The position numbers and the translations under genes were made by a program. The notes beneath the pieces were generated by a model. The model searched no databases and was not told where the DNA came from. It worked only from the letters and a program-made list of their open reading frames with translations. This document shows positions 1-12,000 of a DNA stretch of 64,000 bases, piece by piece. Position 1 is the first letter of the stretch. Every line of letters begins with the position of its first letter. The stretch is from Mobula birostris (Eukaryota). The stretch spans positions 95,392,718-95,456,717 of the forward strand of contig NC_092374.1 in assembly GCF_030028105.1 (NCBI RefSeq), given 5' to 3'.

Positions 1-966
1 GGGATGTAGTGGATGTTGTCTATTTGGACTTGAAGTAGGCCTTATACAAGGTGCCACACATGAGGCTATTTACCAAGTTAAGAGCCCATGGTATTACAGG
101 AAAGTTACTAACATGGTTAGAGCATTGGCTGATTGGTAGGAGGCAGCAAGTGGGAATAAAAGGATCCTTTTCTGGTTGGCTGCCAGTGACTAGTGGTGTT
201 CCGCAGGGGTCGGTGTTGGGACCACTTCTTTTTACGCTGTATAAATGATTTATATGATGGAATAGGTGGCTTTGTTGCCAAGTTTGTAGATAATGCGAAG
301 ATTGGTGGAGGGGCAGGTAGTGTCGAGGAAACAAGTAGGATGCAGAAGGACTTAGACAGATTAAGAGAATGGGCAAGAAAGTGGCAGATGAAATTCAATG
401 TTGGAAAATGTATGGCTCTGCACTTTGGTAGAAGTAAGTGTGCAGACTATTTTCTAAACAGGAAGAAAATCCAGGAATCTGAGATGCAGAGGGACTTGGA
501 AGTCCTTGTACAGAACACACTGAAGGTTAACTTGCAGGTTGAGTCAGTGATGAGGAAGGCAAATGCCATGTTAGCATTCATTTCAAGAGGTCTAGAATAC
601 AAGTGCAGGGATTTGATGCTGAGGCTTTATAAGGTACTGGTGAGGCCTCACCTTGAGTATCGTGAACAGTTTTGGGCCCCTCATCTTAGAAAAGATATGT
701 TGGATTTGGAGAGGGTCCGAGGAAGTTCACAAGGATGATTCCAGGAATGAAAGGAATGAAAAGAACATTTGATGGCTCTGGGTCTGTATTCACTGGAATT
801 CAGAAGGATTTGGTGGGCGGGGGGAGGAGGGATCTCGCTGAAACCTTTCAAATGTTGAAAGGCCTAGAGAGAGTAGATGTGGAAAGGATGTTTCCCGTGG
901 TGGGAAAGTCCAGGACAAGAGGGCACAGCCTGAGGACAGTGGGGCGCCCTTTCAAAACAGAGATAT
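1..966 (+). mobile_element. CR1-clade LINE ORF2 (RT) fragment, decayed
   Basis: VTSGVPQGSVLGPLLF, KFVDNAKIGG, LVRPHLEY...WAP; frameshifts. Confidence 0.93.
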
Positions 967-3180
967 AACCATATAACAATTACAGCACGCAAACAGGTCA
1001 TCTCGGCCCTTCTAGTCTGTGCCGAGCTCTTCTCTCACCTAGTCCCACCGACTTGCACTCAACCCATAACCCTCCATTCCTTTCCTGTCCAAGTAGCTGT
1101 CCAGTTTAACTTTAAACGACAACATCAAACCTGCCTCAACCACTTCTGCTGGAAGCTCGTTCCACACAGCCGCCACTCTCTGAGTAAAGAAGTTCCCCCT
1201 CATGTTACCCCTAAACTTTTGCCCTTTAACTCTCAACTCATGCCCTCTTGTTTGAATCTCCCCACTCTCAATTAAAAAAGCGTATCCATGTCAACTCTAT
1301 CTATCCCTCTCATAATCTTAAATACCTCTACCAAGTCCCCCCTCAACCTTCCACGTTTCAAAGAATAAAGACCCAACTTGTTCAACTTTCTCTGTAACTT
1401 AGGTGATGAAACCCAGGTAACATTCTAGTAAACCTTCTCTGTACTCTATTTTGTTAACATCTTTCCTATAATTTGGTGATCAGAACTGTACACAATACTC
1501 CAAATTTGGCCTCACCAATGCCTTGTACAATTTCAACATTACATCCCAACTCCTATACTCAATGCTCTGATTTATAAAGGCCAGCACACCAAAAGCTTTC
1601 TTCAACACCCTATCCACATGAGATTCCACCTTCAGGGAACTATGCACAATTATTCCTAGATCCCTCTGTTCTACTGCATTCTTCAATGCCCTACCACTTA
1701 CCATGTATGTCCTATTTTGATTAGTCCTACCAAAGTGTAGCACCTCACATTTATCAGCATTAAACTCCATCTGTCATCTTTCAGCCCATTCTTCTAACTG
1801 GCCTAAATCTCTCTGCAAGCTTTGAAAACTTACTTCATTATCCACAACTCCACCTATCTTAGTATCATCTGCATACTTACTCATGCAATTTACCATCCCA
1901 TCATCCAGATCATTAATGTAAATGATGAATAACATTGGACCCAGTACAGATCCCCAAGGCACATCACTAGTCACCGGCCTCCAATCTGACAAACAGTTTT
2001 CCACCACCACTCTCTGGCGTCTCCCATCCAGCCAGTGCAGAATCCATTTTACTACTTCAATATTAATACCTAACGATTGAACCTTCTTAACCAACCTTCC
2101 GTGTGGAACCTTGTCAAAGGCCTTACTGAAGTCCATATAGACAACATCCACCACTTTACCCTCGTCAACATTCCTAGTAACCTCTTAAAAAAATTCAATA
2201 AGATTTGTCAAACATGACCTTCCACACACAAATCCATGTTGACTGTTCCTAATCAGACCCTGTCTATCCAGATAATTATATATACCATCTCTAAGAATAT
2301 TTTCCATCAACTTACCCACCACTGACGTCAAACTCACAGGCCGATAATTGCTAGGTTTACTCTTAGAACCCTTTTTAAACAATGGAACAACACGTCAATC
2401 CTCCGGCACCATCGCCGTTTCTAATCACATTTGAAATATTTCTGTCAGAGCCCCTGCTATTTCCACACTCACTTCCCTCAATGTCCTAGGTAATATCCTG
2501 TCAGGACCCGGAGACTTATCCACTTTTATATTCCTTATTACTACTACTACTTCTTTAATCATCATAGTTTCCATAACTTTCCTACCCGTTTCCCTTATCT
2601 TACACAATGCAATATCCTTCTCCTTAGTGAATACCGAAGAAATTGTTAAGAATCTCCCCCATCTCTTTTGGCTCCACACATAGCCGTCCATTCTGATTCT
2701 CTAAAGGAGCAATTTTATCCCTCACTATCCTTTTGCTATTTATATAACGGTAGAAACCCTTGGGATTTATTTTCACCTTACTTGCCAAAGCAACCTCACA
2801 TCTTCTTTTAGCTTTTCTAATTTCTTTCTTAAGATTCTTTTTACATTCTTTATGTTCCTCGAGCACCTCACCTCATTTACTCCACGCTGTCTATATTTAT
2901 TGTAGAGTTCTCTTTTTTTCCGAACCAAGTTTCCAATATCCCTTGAAAACCATGGCTCTCTCAAACTTTTAACCTTTCCTTTCAACCTAACAGGAACATA
3001 AGATTCTGTACTCTCAAAATTTCACCTTTAAGTGACCTCTGTTTCTCTATTACATCCTTCCCATAAAACAAATTGTCTCAATCCACTCCATCTAAATCCT
3101 TCGCATCTCCTCAAAGTTAGCCTTTCTCCAATCAAAAATCTCAACCCTGGGTCCAGATCTATCCTTCTCCATAATTATGC
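967..3180 (-). mobile_element. CR1-clade LINE, 3' about 2.2 kb including 3' UTR
   Basis: NYRPVSLTSVVGK, VDVVYMDFSKAFDKVPH, KYADDTKIGG, LVRPNLEYCVQF, FFTQRV. Confidence 0.95.
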
Positions 3181-4134
3181 AGAAGGATAGATCTGGATGC
3201 GGAGAAATTTCTTCAGCCAAAGTGCAGTGAATATGTGGAGTTTGTTGCCACATGCAGCTGTGGAGGCAGTTGGGTGTATTTAAGGCAGAGATTGATAGCT
3301 TCTTAATTGGACATGGCATCAAAGATTACGGAGAGTAGGCTGGGAACTGGGGTTGAGGAGGAGATAGAAAAACAAAGGATCAGCCATGATTGAATGGCGG
3401 AGCAAAACTCGGTGGACCAGATGGCCTAATTCTGCTCCTGTGTCTTATGACTTCGTGGAATGAAATACTAACCTATTCAATCTTTCCATTTAACTCAGGT
3501 CCTCCAGACCCAGCAACATCCTTGTAAATTTTCTCTGTAATCTTCAACCTTATTTACATCTTTCCTGCAACACAATACTCCAAATTGGGCCTCACCAACA
3601 TCTTATACAACTTCAGCATGACATCCCATCTCTTGTTGTCAATACTTTGATTGATGAAGACCAAAGTGCCAAAAGCTACCTTTACGACCCTATCTTCCTG
3701 TGAAGCCACTTTCAATGCATTATCAACCTATATTCCAGATCCCTCTGTTCTACCACACTCCTCAGTGCCCTGCTGTTCACTGTGTAGACTATCTCCTACC
3801 CAATACTACAGTCAAGTCCTACAAAAACAAAAAAAAATCAGATTTACATTGATGGATTCCCTGAACAAGTGACATTTGACCAATATTCTGTGGCTCAGTT
3901 CTTATTTATACAGCCAAGCCATTTCCCATCAGTAGATTTTAGGCTAGCTGGTCTATAACCTTCTGATTCCCTCACTAATTTTTCTAAACTAATGTAGTAC
4001 CATGCACAGTTTTCCAACTACTTAAAAACAAAGATTCTCCAAACCAAGCACACCAGAGTTCACCAGTGGGAGAATCTCAAGCACAGGGGCATAACTAAAG
4101 TATAAGGGATATAGGATAAGGGGCCACTCATTTA

Positions 4135-4482
4135 AAACTGATGGCACAAATATCGATTTCTCCTTCCGGTAAAAATATATTACCTCCCCCTCCCCTCTTA
4201 TTCCCCACTCTGACCTCTTACCTCTTCTCGCCTGCCAATTAGCTCCCCCTGGGTCCCCTCCTCCTATGGTCCATTCGCATCTCCTATCAGATTCCTTCCT
4301 TTCCCACACACCTGGCTTCACCTATCACCTTCTAGCTATCCTCCTGCCTTTTTATCCTGGCATCTTTTCCCCTTTCCTCTCCAGTCCTGAAGAAGGGTCT
4401 CGGCCTGAAATATTGACTGTTCATTCATTTCCAAAAATGCTGCCTGGCCTGCTGAGCTCCTCCAGCATTGTGTGTGTGCTGC
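4135..4482 (+). mobile_element. Penelope-like element 3' end/pLTR with hammerhead motif
   Basis: Starts with DGTNIDF (C-terminus of the GIY-YIG ORF), then a pyrimidine-rich UTR and the hammerhead motif at 4382-4419. Confidence 0.8.
4382..4419 (+). ncRNA. Minimal type I hammerhead ribozyme motif (Penelope-associated)
   Basis: CAGUC CUGAAGA AGGGUCUCGGCCU GAAA UAUU GACUG: helix I CAGUC/GACUG, CUGANGA and GAAA cores, NUH triplet AUU, loopless palindromic helix III. Confidence 0.7.
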
Positions 4483-5129
4483 ATTTAAAATCTAGTCTAT
4501 GTAGAAACAACTTCTTGCAGAAGGAGGTGAATCTCTGGAATTCACAGCCAGTAGCTGGTGGAAACTAGACCAGTGATAAGTGGAGGCATATAGATATTTG
4601 ATAGATCAAGGAATAGAGAAGTACAGAGAAATGGAACAGAACGGGTATTGAGGGCAGCATAGATCAGTCATGATCATATTAAGTGAATAGAGAGGCATAA
4701 AGTGCTTGACAGCCTATTCCTGCTCCCATTTTCTTGTGTTAAAAGATTATAAAGTTTAAGGCACCAATGTTCTACTTCCTTTAACACCAAAATGGAAGCT
4801 ATCTGAAAATGAGAATCTGTCACTCCTCAGTGGATATATTCTCCTTGTATTGCGTTTTTTTTAACTTGTGGACTTTCCATCCACAATTCAACATCATTTC
4901 CATTGTGAAGTCTGTCTCCCTGTTCTCCATCTTGGAATAAAAGTATTAACCCCAACCAATCACTGAACACAGCTCTGCCTGCCTTTTTCCTCACTAATAA
5001 TTTCACCAGTTTTCAATGGCTCACACTCTCTTTTTCCATAATATAAGCGCAAACACATTTGTATTGACATAATCTGCAAGTTTAATTTCATATTCACTAT
5101 CTAAGCCTGGGCTCCGTGGATGGGAAGCG

Positions 5130-7293
5130 GGAGATTAGTTATGGCACACATCAACCACAGCCTACCGGTCAACCTCGACGCTTTGCAATTCGCCTACCAG
5201 AGCAACAGGTCAATGGCAGATGCCATCTCTCTGGCCCTACATTCCTCCTTAGAACACCTGGAGAATAAAAGCACATACGTAAGGCTCCTTTTCATTGACT
5301 ACAGCTCTGCCTTTAATACCATCATTCCAAATAAACTGATTCCTAAGCTCCGGAACCTGGGCCTTAGCACTCAGATCTACAGCTGGATCTTCAACTTCCT
5401 CACAGACAGGACCCAGGCTGTAAAAATAGGGGACAAGCTCTCCTCTACAATCACTCTCAGCACCAGTGCCCCACAAGGCTGTGTACTCAGCCCCCTGCTG
5501 TACTCACTGTACACCCATGATTGTGTAGCCAAGTTTCCATCAAACTCAATATATAAGTTTGGTGATGACACAACAATTGTAGGCCATATCTCGGGTAATG
5601 ATGAGTTTGAGTACAGAGAGGAAATTAAGAACCTGGTGGCATGGTGCAAAGACAATAACCTATCCCTCAACGTCAGCAGGACGAAGGAATTGGTTGTTGA
5701 CTTCAGAAGGAGTAGCGGACCGCACGACCCAATTTACATCGGTGGTGTGCAAGTGGAACAGGTCAAAAGCTTTAAGTTCTGTCCTGTCCCCTAAAACCCT
5801 CACTAATTTTTATAGATGCACCATAGAAAGCATTCTTCTAGGGTGCATCACAACTTTCTCTTCACCATTTACACCTCGGACTTCAACTACTGCACAGAGT
5901 CTTGTCATCTTCAGAAGTTTTTGGATGACTCTGCCATAGTTGGATGCATCAGCAAGGGAGATGAGGCTGAGTACGGGGCTACGGTAGGAAACTTTGTCAC
6001 ATGGTGTGAGCAGAATTATCTGCAGCTTAATGTAAAAAAGACTAAGGAGCTGGTGGTAGACCTGAGGAGAGCTAAGGTACCGGTGACCCCTGTTTCCTTC
6101 CAGGGGGTCAGTGTGGACATGGTGGAGGATTACAAATACCTGGGGATACAAATTGACAATAAATTGGACTGGTCAAAGAACGCTGAGGCTGTCTACAAAG
6201 GTCAGAGCCGTCTCTATTTCCTGAGGAGACTGAGGTCCTTTAACATCTGCTGGACGATGCTGATGTTCTACGAGTCTGTGGTGACCAGTGCTATCATGTT
6301 TGCTGTTGTGTGCTGGGGCAGCAGGCTGAGGGTAGCAGACACCAACAGAATCAACAAACTCATCTGTAAGGTCAGTGATGTTGTGGGGATGGAACTGGAC
6401 TCTCTCACGGTGGTGTCTGAAAAGAGGATGCTGTCCAAGTTGCATGCCATCTTGGTCAATGTTTCCCATCCACTACATAATGTACTGGGTGGGTACTGGA
6501 GTACATTCAGCCAGAGACTCATTCCACCGAGATGCAACACAGAGTGTCATAGGAAGTCATTTCTGCCTGTGGCCATCAAACTTTACAAACCTTCCCTTGG
6601 AGGGTCAGACACCTTGAGCCGATAGGCTGGTCCTGGACTTATTTCATAATTTACTGGCATAATTTACATATTACTATTTAACTATTTATGGTTCTATTAC
6701 TATTTATTACTTATGGTGCAACTGTAACGAAAACCAATTTCCCCCGGGATCAATCAAGTATGACTATGACTAACCTGGTATGGAAGTTGTTCTGTCCGAG
6801 ACCGAAAGAAGCTGCAGAAGATCGTGAACACAGCGCAGCACATCACACAAACCAATCTTCCATCCTTGGACTCACTTTACACCGCACGCTGTCGGAGCAG
6901 TGCTGCCAGGATAATCAAGGACACGACCCACCCAGCCAACACACTTTTCGTCCCTCTTCCCTCCGGGAGAAGGCTCAGGAGCTTGAAGACTCCTACGGCC
7001 AGATTTGGGAACAGCTTCTTTCCAACTGTGGTAAGACTGCTGAACAGATCTTGACCCGGATCTGGGCCGTACCCTCCAAATATTCAGACCTGCCTCTCGG
7101 TTTTTTAGCACTACCTTACCTTCCATTTTTTATTTTCTGTTTATGATTTATAATTTAAATTTTTAATATTTACTATTTTTTACTATTTTTAATATTTGTA
7201 ATCCAGGGAGCAGGAAGTGCAGAATCAAATATCGTTGTGATGATTGTATATTCTAGTATCAATTGTTTGGCGACAATAAAGTATAAAGTATAA
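5130..7293 (+). mobile_element. Rex1/Babar-clade LINE 3' part, interrupted by a nested second Rex1-type element
   Basis: [51 protein letters not shown]; resumes at about 6772 (DTTHPANTLFVPLPSGRRLRS); tail AATAAAGTATAAAGTATAAA. Confidence 0.9.
5854..6771 (+). mobile_element. Nested Rex1/Babar-clade LINE fragment
   Basis: FLDDSAIVG, LQLNVKKTKELVVDLRR, YKYLG, SRLYFLRRLRSF; (TATGAC)n tail. Confidence 0.88.
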
Positions 7294-8964
7294 AGAGAGG
7301 CCGTGAACGGGTGGGAGGTAGTAATTCAAAAAGGATAAAATTTTACAGATGTAAAATTGGCATTGACATCCCCTGGCAAACACTGAAAGACTCCATTAGT
7401 ATTTAAGAGTGAATCTATATAGAGTAAATATATACTATCACCTGTGGCAATGAATTCCAGATTCATCACCCTCTGGTAAAGAAATTCCTCCACATCACCA
7501 TTTCAAATGGATGTCCCTCTATTCTGAGGCTGTGTCCTCTGGTCTTACACTCACCCACCATAGGAAGCATCCTCTCCACATCCACTCTATCAAGGCCTTT
7601 CACCATTCCATAGGTTTCAATGAGGTCTCCCTCATTCTTCTGAATTCCAGTCAGTACAGGCCCAGAGCCATCAAACATTATTCATGTGATAAGCGTATTC
7701 CAAGCCTTATAAAACCTCATCATTACATCCTTGCTTTTACTGGTTACCCTACTAGCCCATACATCATGGGAATGTGGGAGGAACCAAAAGCTCCCGGAGG
7801 AAACCCACGCAGTCAAAGGAAAACATACAGACAGAGGCAGGAGTTGAACCCAGGTCAGTGGTGTTGTAGAAGTGTTATGCTAACCACTGTGATAGTGTGA
7901 CACCTGATGTTGAACCACATTGGGCAAGGACCAGTACAGTCTTTGCAATTTCAAAGTCCACATTCTCATTACTGATCTCCTATTCACATTTATGCAATTT
8001 AACAAATTCAACTTGGCCTGGTCAGATTTGAATTCTTGACACTGAATTGTCAAACTGGTCTTCTATTGTCTCAAGTTCAAGTTTAGTTGTCATTCAACCA
8101 TACATGAATGCAGCTTTCCTCCAGGGCCAAGGGACAAAACATAGTACCAACAGTCAAACACAGCACTTATAAAATATCAGTAAAATACAGTCACACAGAA
8201 AAATATATAGTCAAGACCCTGAGTCCATGAATGCTATGACAGCTTGCAGTTGAACACAATACAGCTTGTCTTCTGCCGAGCAAACACTAGGAGGCAGCAC
8301 CAGCTCCAGCCTGGGCAGCTGTATATAGGCGACACTGCGGCTGGAGGCCTAGTCCTTGCTACGACCGAGGCCACCCAGCTGCCCCGCCTGCCGCCAATAA
8401 ATCAGTGAATTGGACTTGCAGCATTCCACATTAACATGTCCAACGGGGTGTTGCGATCACAAGAAAAGCAACTGAGGCAATCACTTGCTGATAGAGTGCA
8501 CACCAACTCCTCCAACGCCTCTCCGACACAGGCTGCAGCACAATCCACACCAGGTCCAGCTCCTTCAGCTTCATCACCAACGAGCAAATATATAATCAGC
8601 GGGAGACCTGCAGTACTTTAAGTTGTTAATGTGCAGCAAGGTTTTGTGGCTGTAAAAACCTATGTATGGACCTGTAGAATCTGCTGCAACCAAAAGTGCT
8701 GCCATTTTATCAGAAGAAGAAAACACCATGCCATCACGCCCTGTAGGGTCAATGGAGTTCAAACAGGCAAGCACAAGCGGAGTGGTAGGACTCCGACGCC
8801 TGCCAGTGGGAAGACTGATTTTGAAACCCAACTCAAGCACACAATCCAGACTGATACTCCAGAACTTGACACGAAAGAAGGTTGAAATACAGCCCACTCT
8901 ACGCTTCCTGATCAATGGAAAATACCCCACAGCCACTATGGAGATTATTCAGTCACTATTACAC

Positions 8965-9560
8965 TGATAAACATGAGCGGGAAATGCAAAGTGCTGGAGG
9001 AACTCAGCAGGTTAGGCAGCATCTATGAAGATGAATAAACAGTCGACATTTTGGGCTGAAACCTTTCAGAACTGAAAAAGAAAGGAGAAGATGCCAGAAT
9101 ACAAAGAAGGAGAGCTGGAAGGTGATAGGTGAAGCCAGGTAGGTTAAGAAATATAAAGGGCTGGAGAGGAAGGAATCTGATAGAAGAAATTTGAATATAC
9201 GCGAAAGGGAAGAGGGGACCCAAGGGGAGGTGATAGGCAGGTGAGAAGAGGTAAAAGGCCAGAGTGGGGAATAGCAAAAGAGGGGAGGAAGAGGAAAATG
9301 TTTTACCACAAGGAGAAATCAATATTCATGCCATCAGGTTGGAGTATACCCAGACGGAATACAAGGTGTTGCTCCTTCATCCTGTGGGCAGCTTCTTCTT
9401 GGCATATGAGGAGACAATGGACTGACATTTTGGAACAGGAATGGAAATCAGGTTTTAAATGTTTGGCTCCGCTTTTGGCCGATGGAGAAGAGGTGCATGA
9501 CAAAGCGGTCCTCTAATTTACTACGGGTCTCACGAATGTAGAGAAGGCTGCAACGGGAGC
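8965..9560 (-). mobile_element. Penelope-like element 3' end (GIY-YIG C-terminus plus pLTR)
   Basis: KHLKPDFHS...EAAHRMKEQHLVFRLGILQPDGMNIDF, followed by a pLTR with a decayed hammerhead motif (about 9040-9075). Confidence 0.8.
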
Positions 9561-11978
9561 CAACTATAATGTAAGCAATTATTTACTGTATGCAGGTTAA
9601 ATCCAGACAAAATCACTGAAATACAGAAACACCGAGAGAAAGAAGAGGAGAGGTGGAAGCCAGCTGGATGAAGGTTTCCATTGGGTTGAGTGTGAGTGTG
9701 AATGTGACTGCAGGCCAGCTTTTCTAACTCTGGCAATGAGCCACTGAGCTGCAATGTTAACGCTGACTCTCTCTTCACAGATGCTGCCTGACCTGACGAG
9801 TATCTGCTCTTATTTCAGATTTCTAGCATCTTCCATTTTAGCTTTTCCGATCCAACTTTCCTGTAGGAGGACACTGTATAAAATTCAAAGTACACAAAGT
9901 ATGTATGCAGTATAAAACCCAGATTCATCTTCCCACAGACAGCCACAAAACAAAGAAAACTATGGAACCCATTCAAAGAAAAATATCAAAGCCTCAATGT
10001 GCAAAAAGAAAAGAACAAATCGCACAAACTGGAAAAAAAAGACAAGAAACAGCTTGTAAAACATCAAACCACACAGTCATTGAAACAGTCCAGGAATGAG
10101 AAGATAGAATACATTGCCCAAGTAATGATGCCTTAAAATATATTTGATTATAGGAAGTCTGGTCAGGGCACAAAAAGAGTCAAAATGAAAGGGCAAAAAA
10201 ATGATGGACACAAGTTGATTTTTTAAAGTAACACAAATCTTTTTTAAGTATATTTACATAATACAGAAATGAGGTCTGTTCCTCAGGTTAGTTTTTCTTC
10301 CAGCACCATGTGGTAACAAAACAATGAAATTATTCACAAGTAACCAGATACAAGAGATATTTAAAACCACAGAGTTTAGGAGACCTGGCACACAGCAGGT
10401 ACATGGTGCTGAACCCAGGAATGACTCAGCCATAATCGTAAAGAGCAGACCGAGCTCAATGTCTAATCCTCCTCCTAACTCCTATGCTCTGATTTTTTAA
10501 ACTGATAAATTGCCTAAATATGGAAATATTACCTGAACAACAAGATGAAAAGAATCAAAGAGCAGGTCTTGATAAACGGGGATAATTAAGCCATCCTGAC
10601 TGTTTAAAACTCTACTTGAATCGCAAAGTCAACACCTTTAAAAGCAAACTTGCACAGGAAAAATGGTTATCCCAATGCATGTGGGTAGTGCTTGTCGCTC
10701 CCACCTTCAGCTTCCACTGCTGGCTAAATACCTTGCGAAAAGGAGAACTGAATGTGCAAGTCTCTCCCTGCCAGTGCATAGCCTCTCCAACAGCAAGCCT
10801 CAAGTAGTGCCTCCTCGCTGGCGACACATTGAAACTGAACTCCTTTTGGACCCAGGCTGAACTAGAAGACGAGGAGGAGGTCTGGCCCCTGCACACGTAG
10901 CACACAGGCCCACTGGCATGTGGACTCGTCCTGGTGCTCGCGAACAAGATCTCCAGCCATGGGTAAATAGCCCAGCTGCTTTGTGGGAAGCCTTGGGAGA
11001 AAACCCAGACAGCAAATCCACAGTGGAGCCCCTAAAGCAGCTGGATGTCGGTGAACATCCTTCCAGCAGCTCCTGCAGCCAAGCTGGTGCAAACGTATTG
11101 CTTCATAAGCTTTCCTTCGGATTACACTGGTGAGGCTGAGAGGGGAGGTCAGGTCAGGGCACAAAAAGATCAAGGCATCTCAGGATCTCCATACCTTCCA
11201 CCCAGGCTTGTGATGATGGTCATCACCCAGTGTCCTTCGATATCAACCACCACAGGAAACCAGATTTATCCAAGGGAGATTCTGCCTCTGTTGTTATTAC
11301 TACAATACCTACTGTAACCAATCAAATATTAAAAGGCCAACACAGAGTGGATGTGGAGAGGGTGGTTCTGGAGGCCAAGTCATTTGGGTATTTTTAAAGC
11401 GGAGGTTGATGTGTTCACCATTCGTCAAGGCATCAAAGATTACTGGGGGAGGCAAGAGAATGTGGGTTGAGAGGGACAATAAATCAGCACGACAGAACGT
11501 GGAGTGGACTCGATGGGCCAAATGGCCTAATTCTGCTCCTATATCTGATGGTAACTTATACAGGTGTAGGCAAAAGGGAACTAGCTAAGTACTAACATAC
11601 TAGTTGGAAGAATGGTTCATGGGGAGCCCTAGGGCTGACCACTGTCAGTCACGCGGTGCAGTTTGAGACCTGGTCTGTTAAAGGTGCATTTGCCTGGCTT
11701 GTATGTTGTATTAATGTCTCACCAGTATTTGGCATTTTATCGTAGCTTTAGGCAATGCCCACATTCCTCAAAGCAGAAATCATCTTACTTACATCGCAAT
11801 AACAATCTTGGAGACTAGATTTAACAAGCCAGCTCTGAAGCCTTCCCTCACCAGGGCCTGCACGATGAATCATTTTAAAAGTCCAACAACGTGCAGCAGT
11901 GAAACATTCTCCGCTTGGCAGTTCAGGCCCCTGGGGCAGAAGTCACATTTAATCCTACACCGAGCACCATCTTACAGC

Positions 11979-12000
11979 TCAGACCGTCCACTTCAGGCAC
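11979..12000 (-). CDS. ZNHIT1: ZNHIT1 last coding exon (CLKWTV*)
   Basis: ctctcgtgcag acceptor, then G TGC CTG AAG TGG ACG GTC TGA; possible ATTAAA poly(A) signal at 11948-11953. Confidence 0.93.

Noticed and set aside
8400-8967. Cluster of short ORFs on both strands
   Set aside because: No recognisable protein motif or consistent splice signals; the first part resembles LINE 3' UTR sequence.
10850-11270. Possible exon cluster downstream of ZNHIT1
   Set aside because: Resembles a non-LTR retroelement UTR (compare 63115-63595); no coherent reading frame, and I cannot assign the family confidently.
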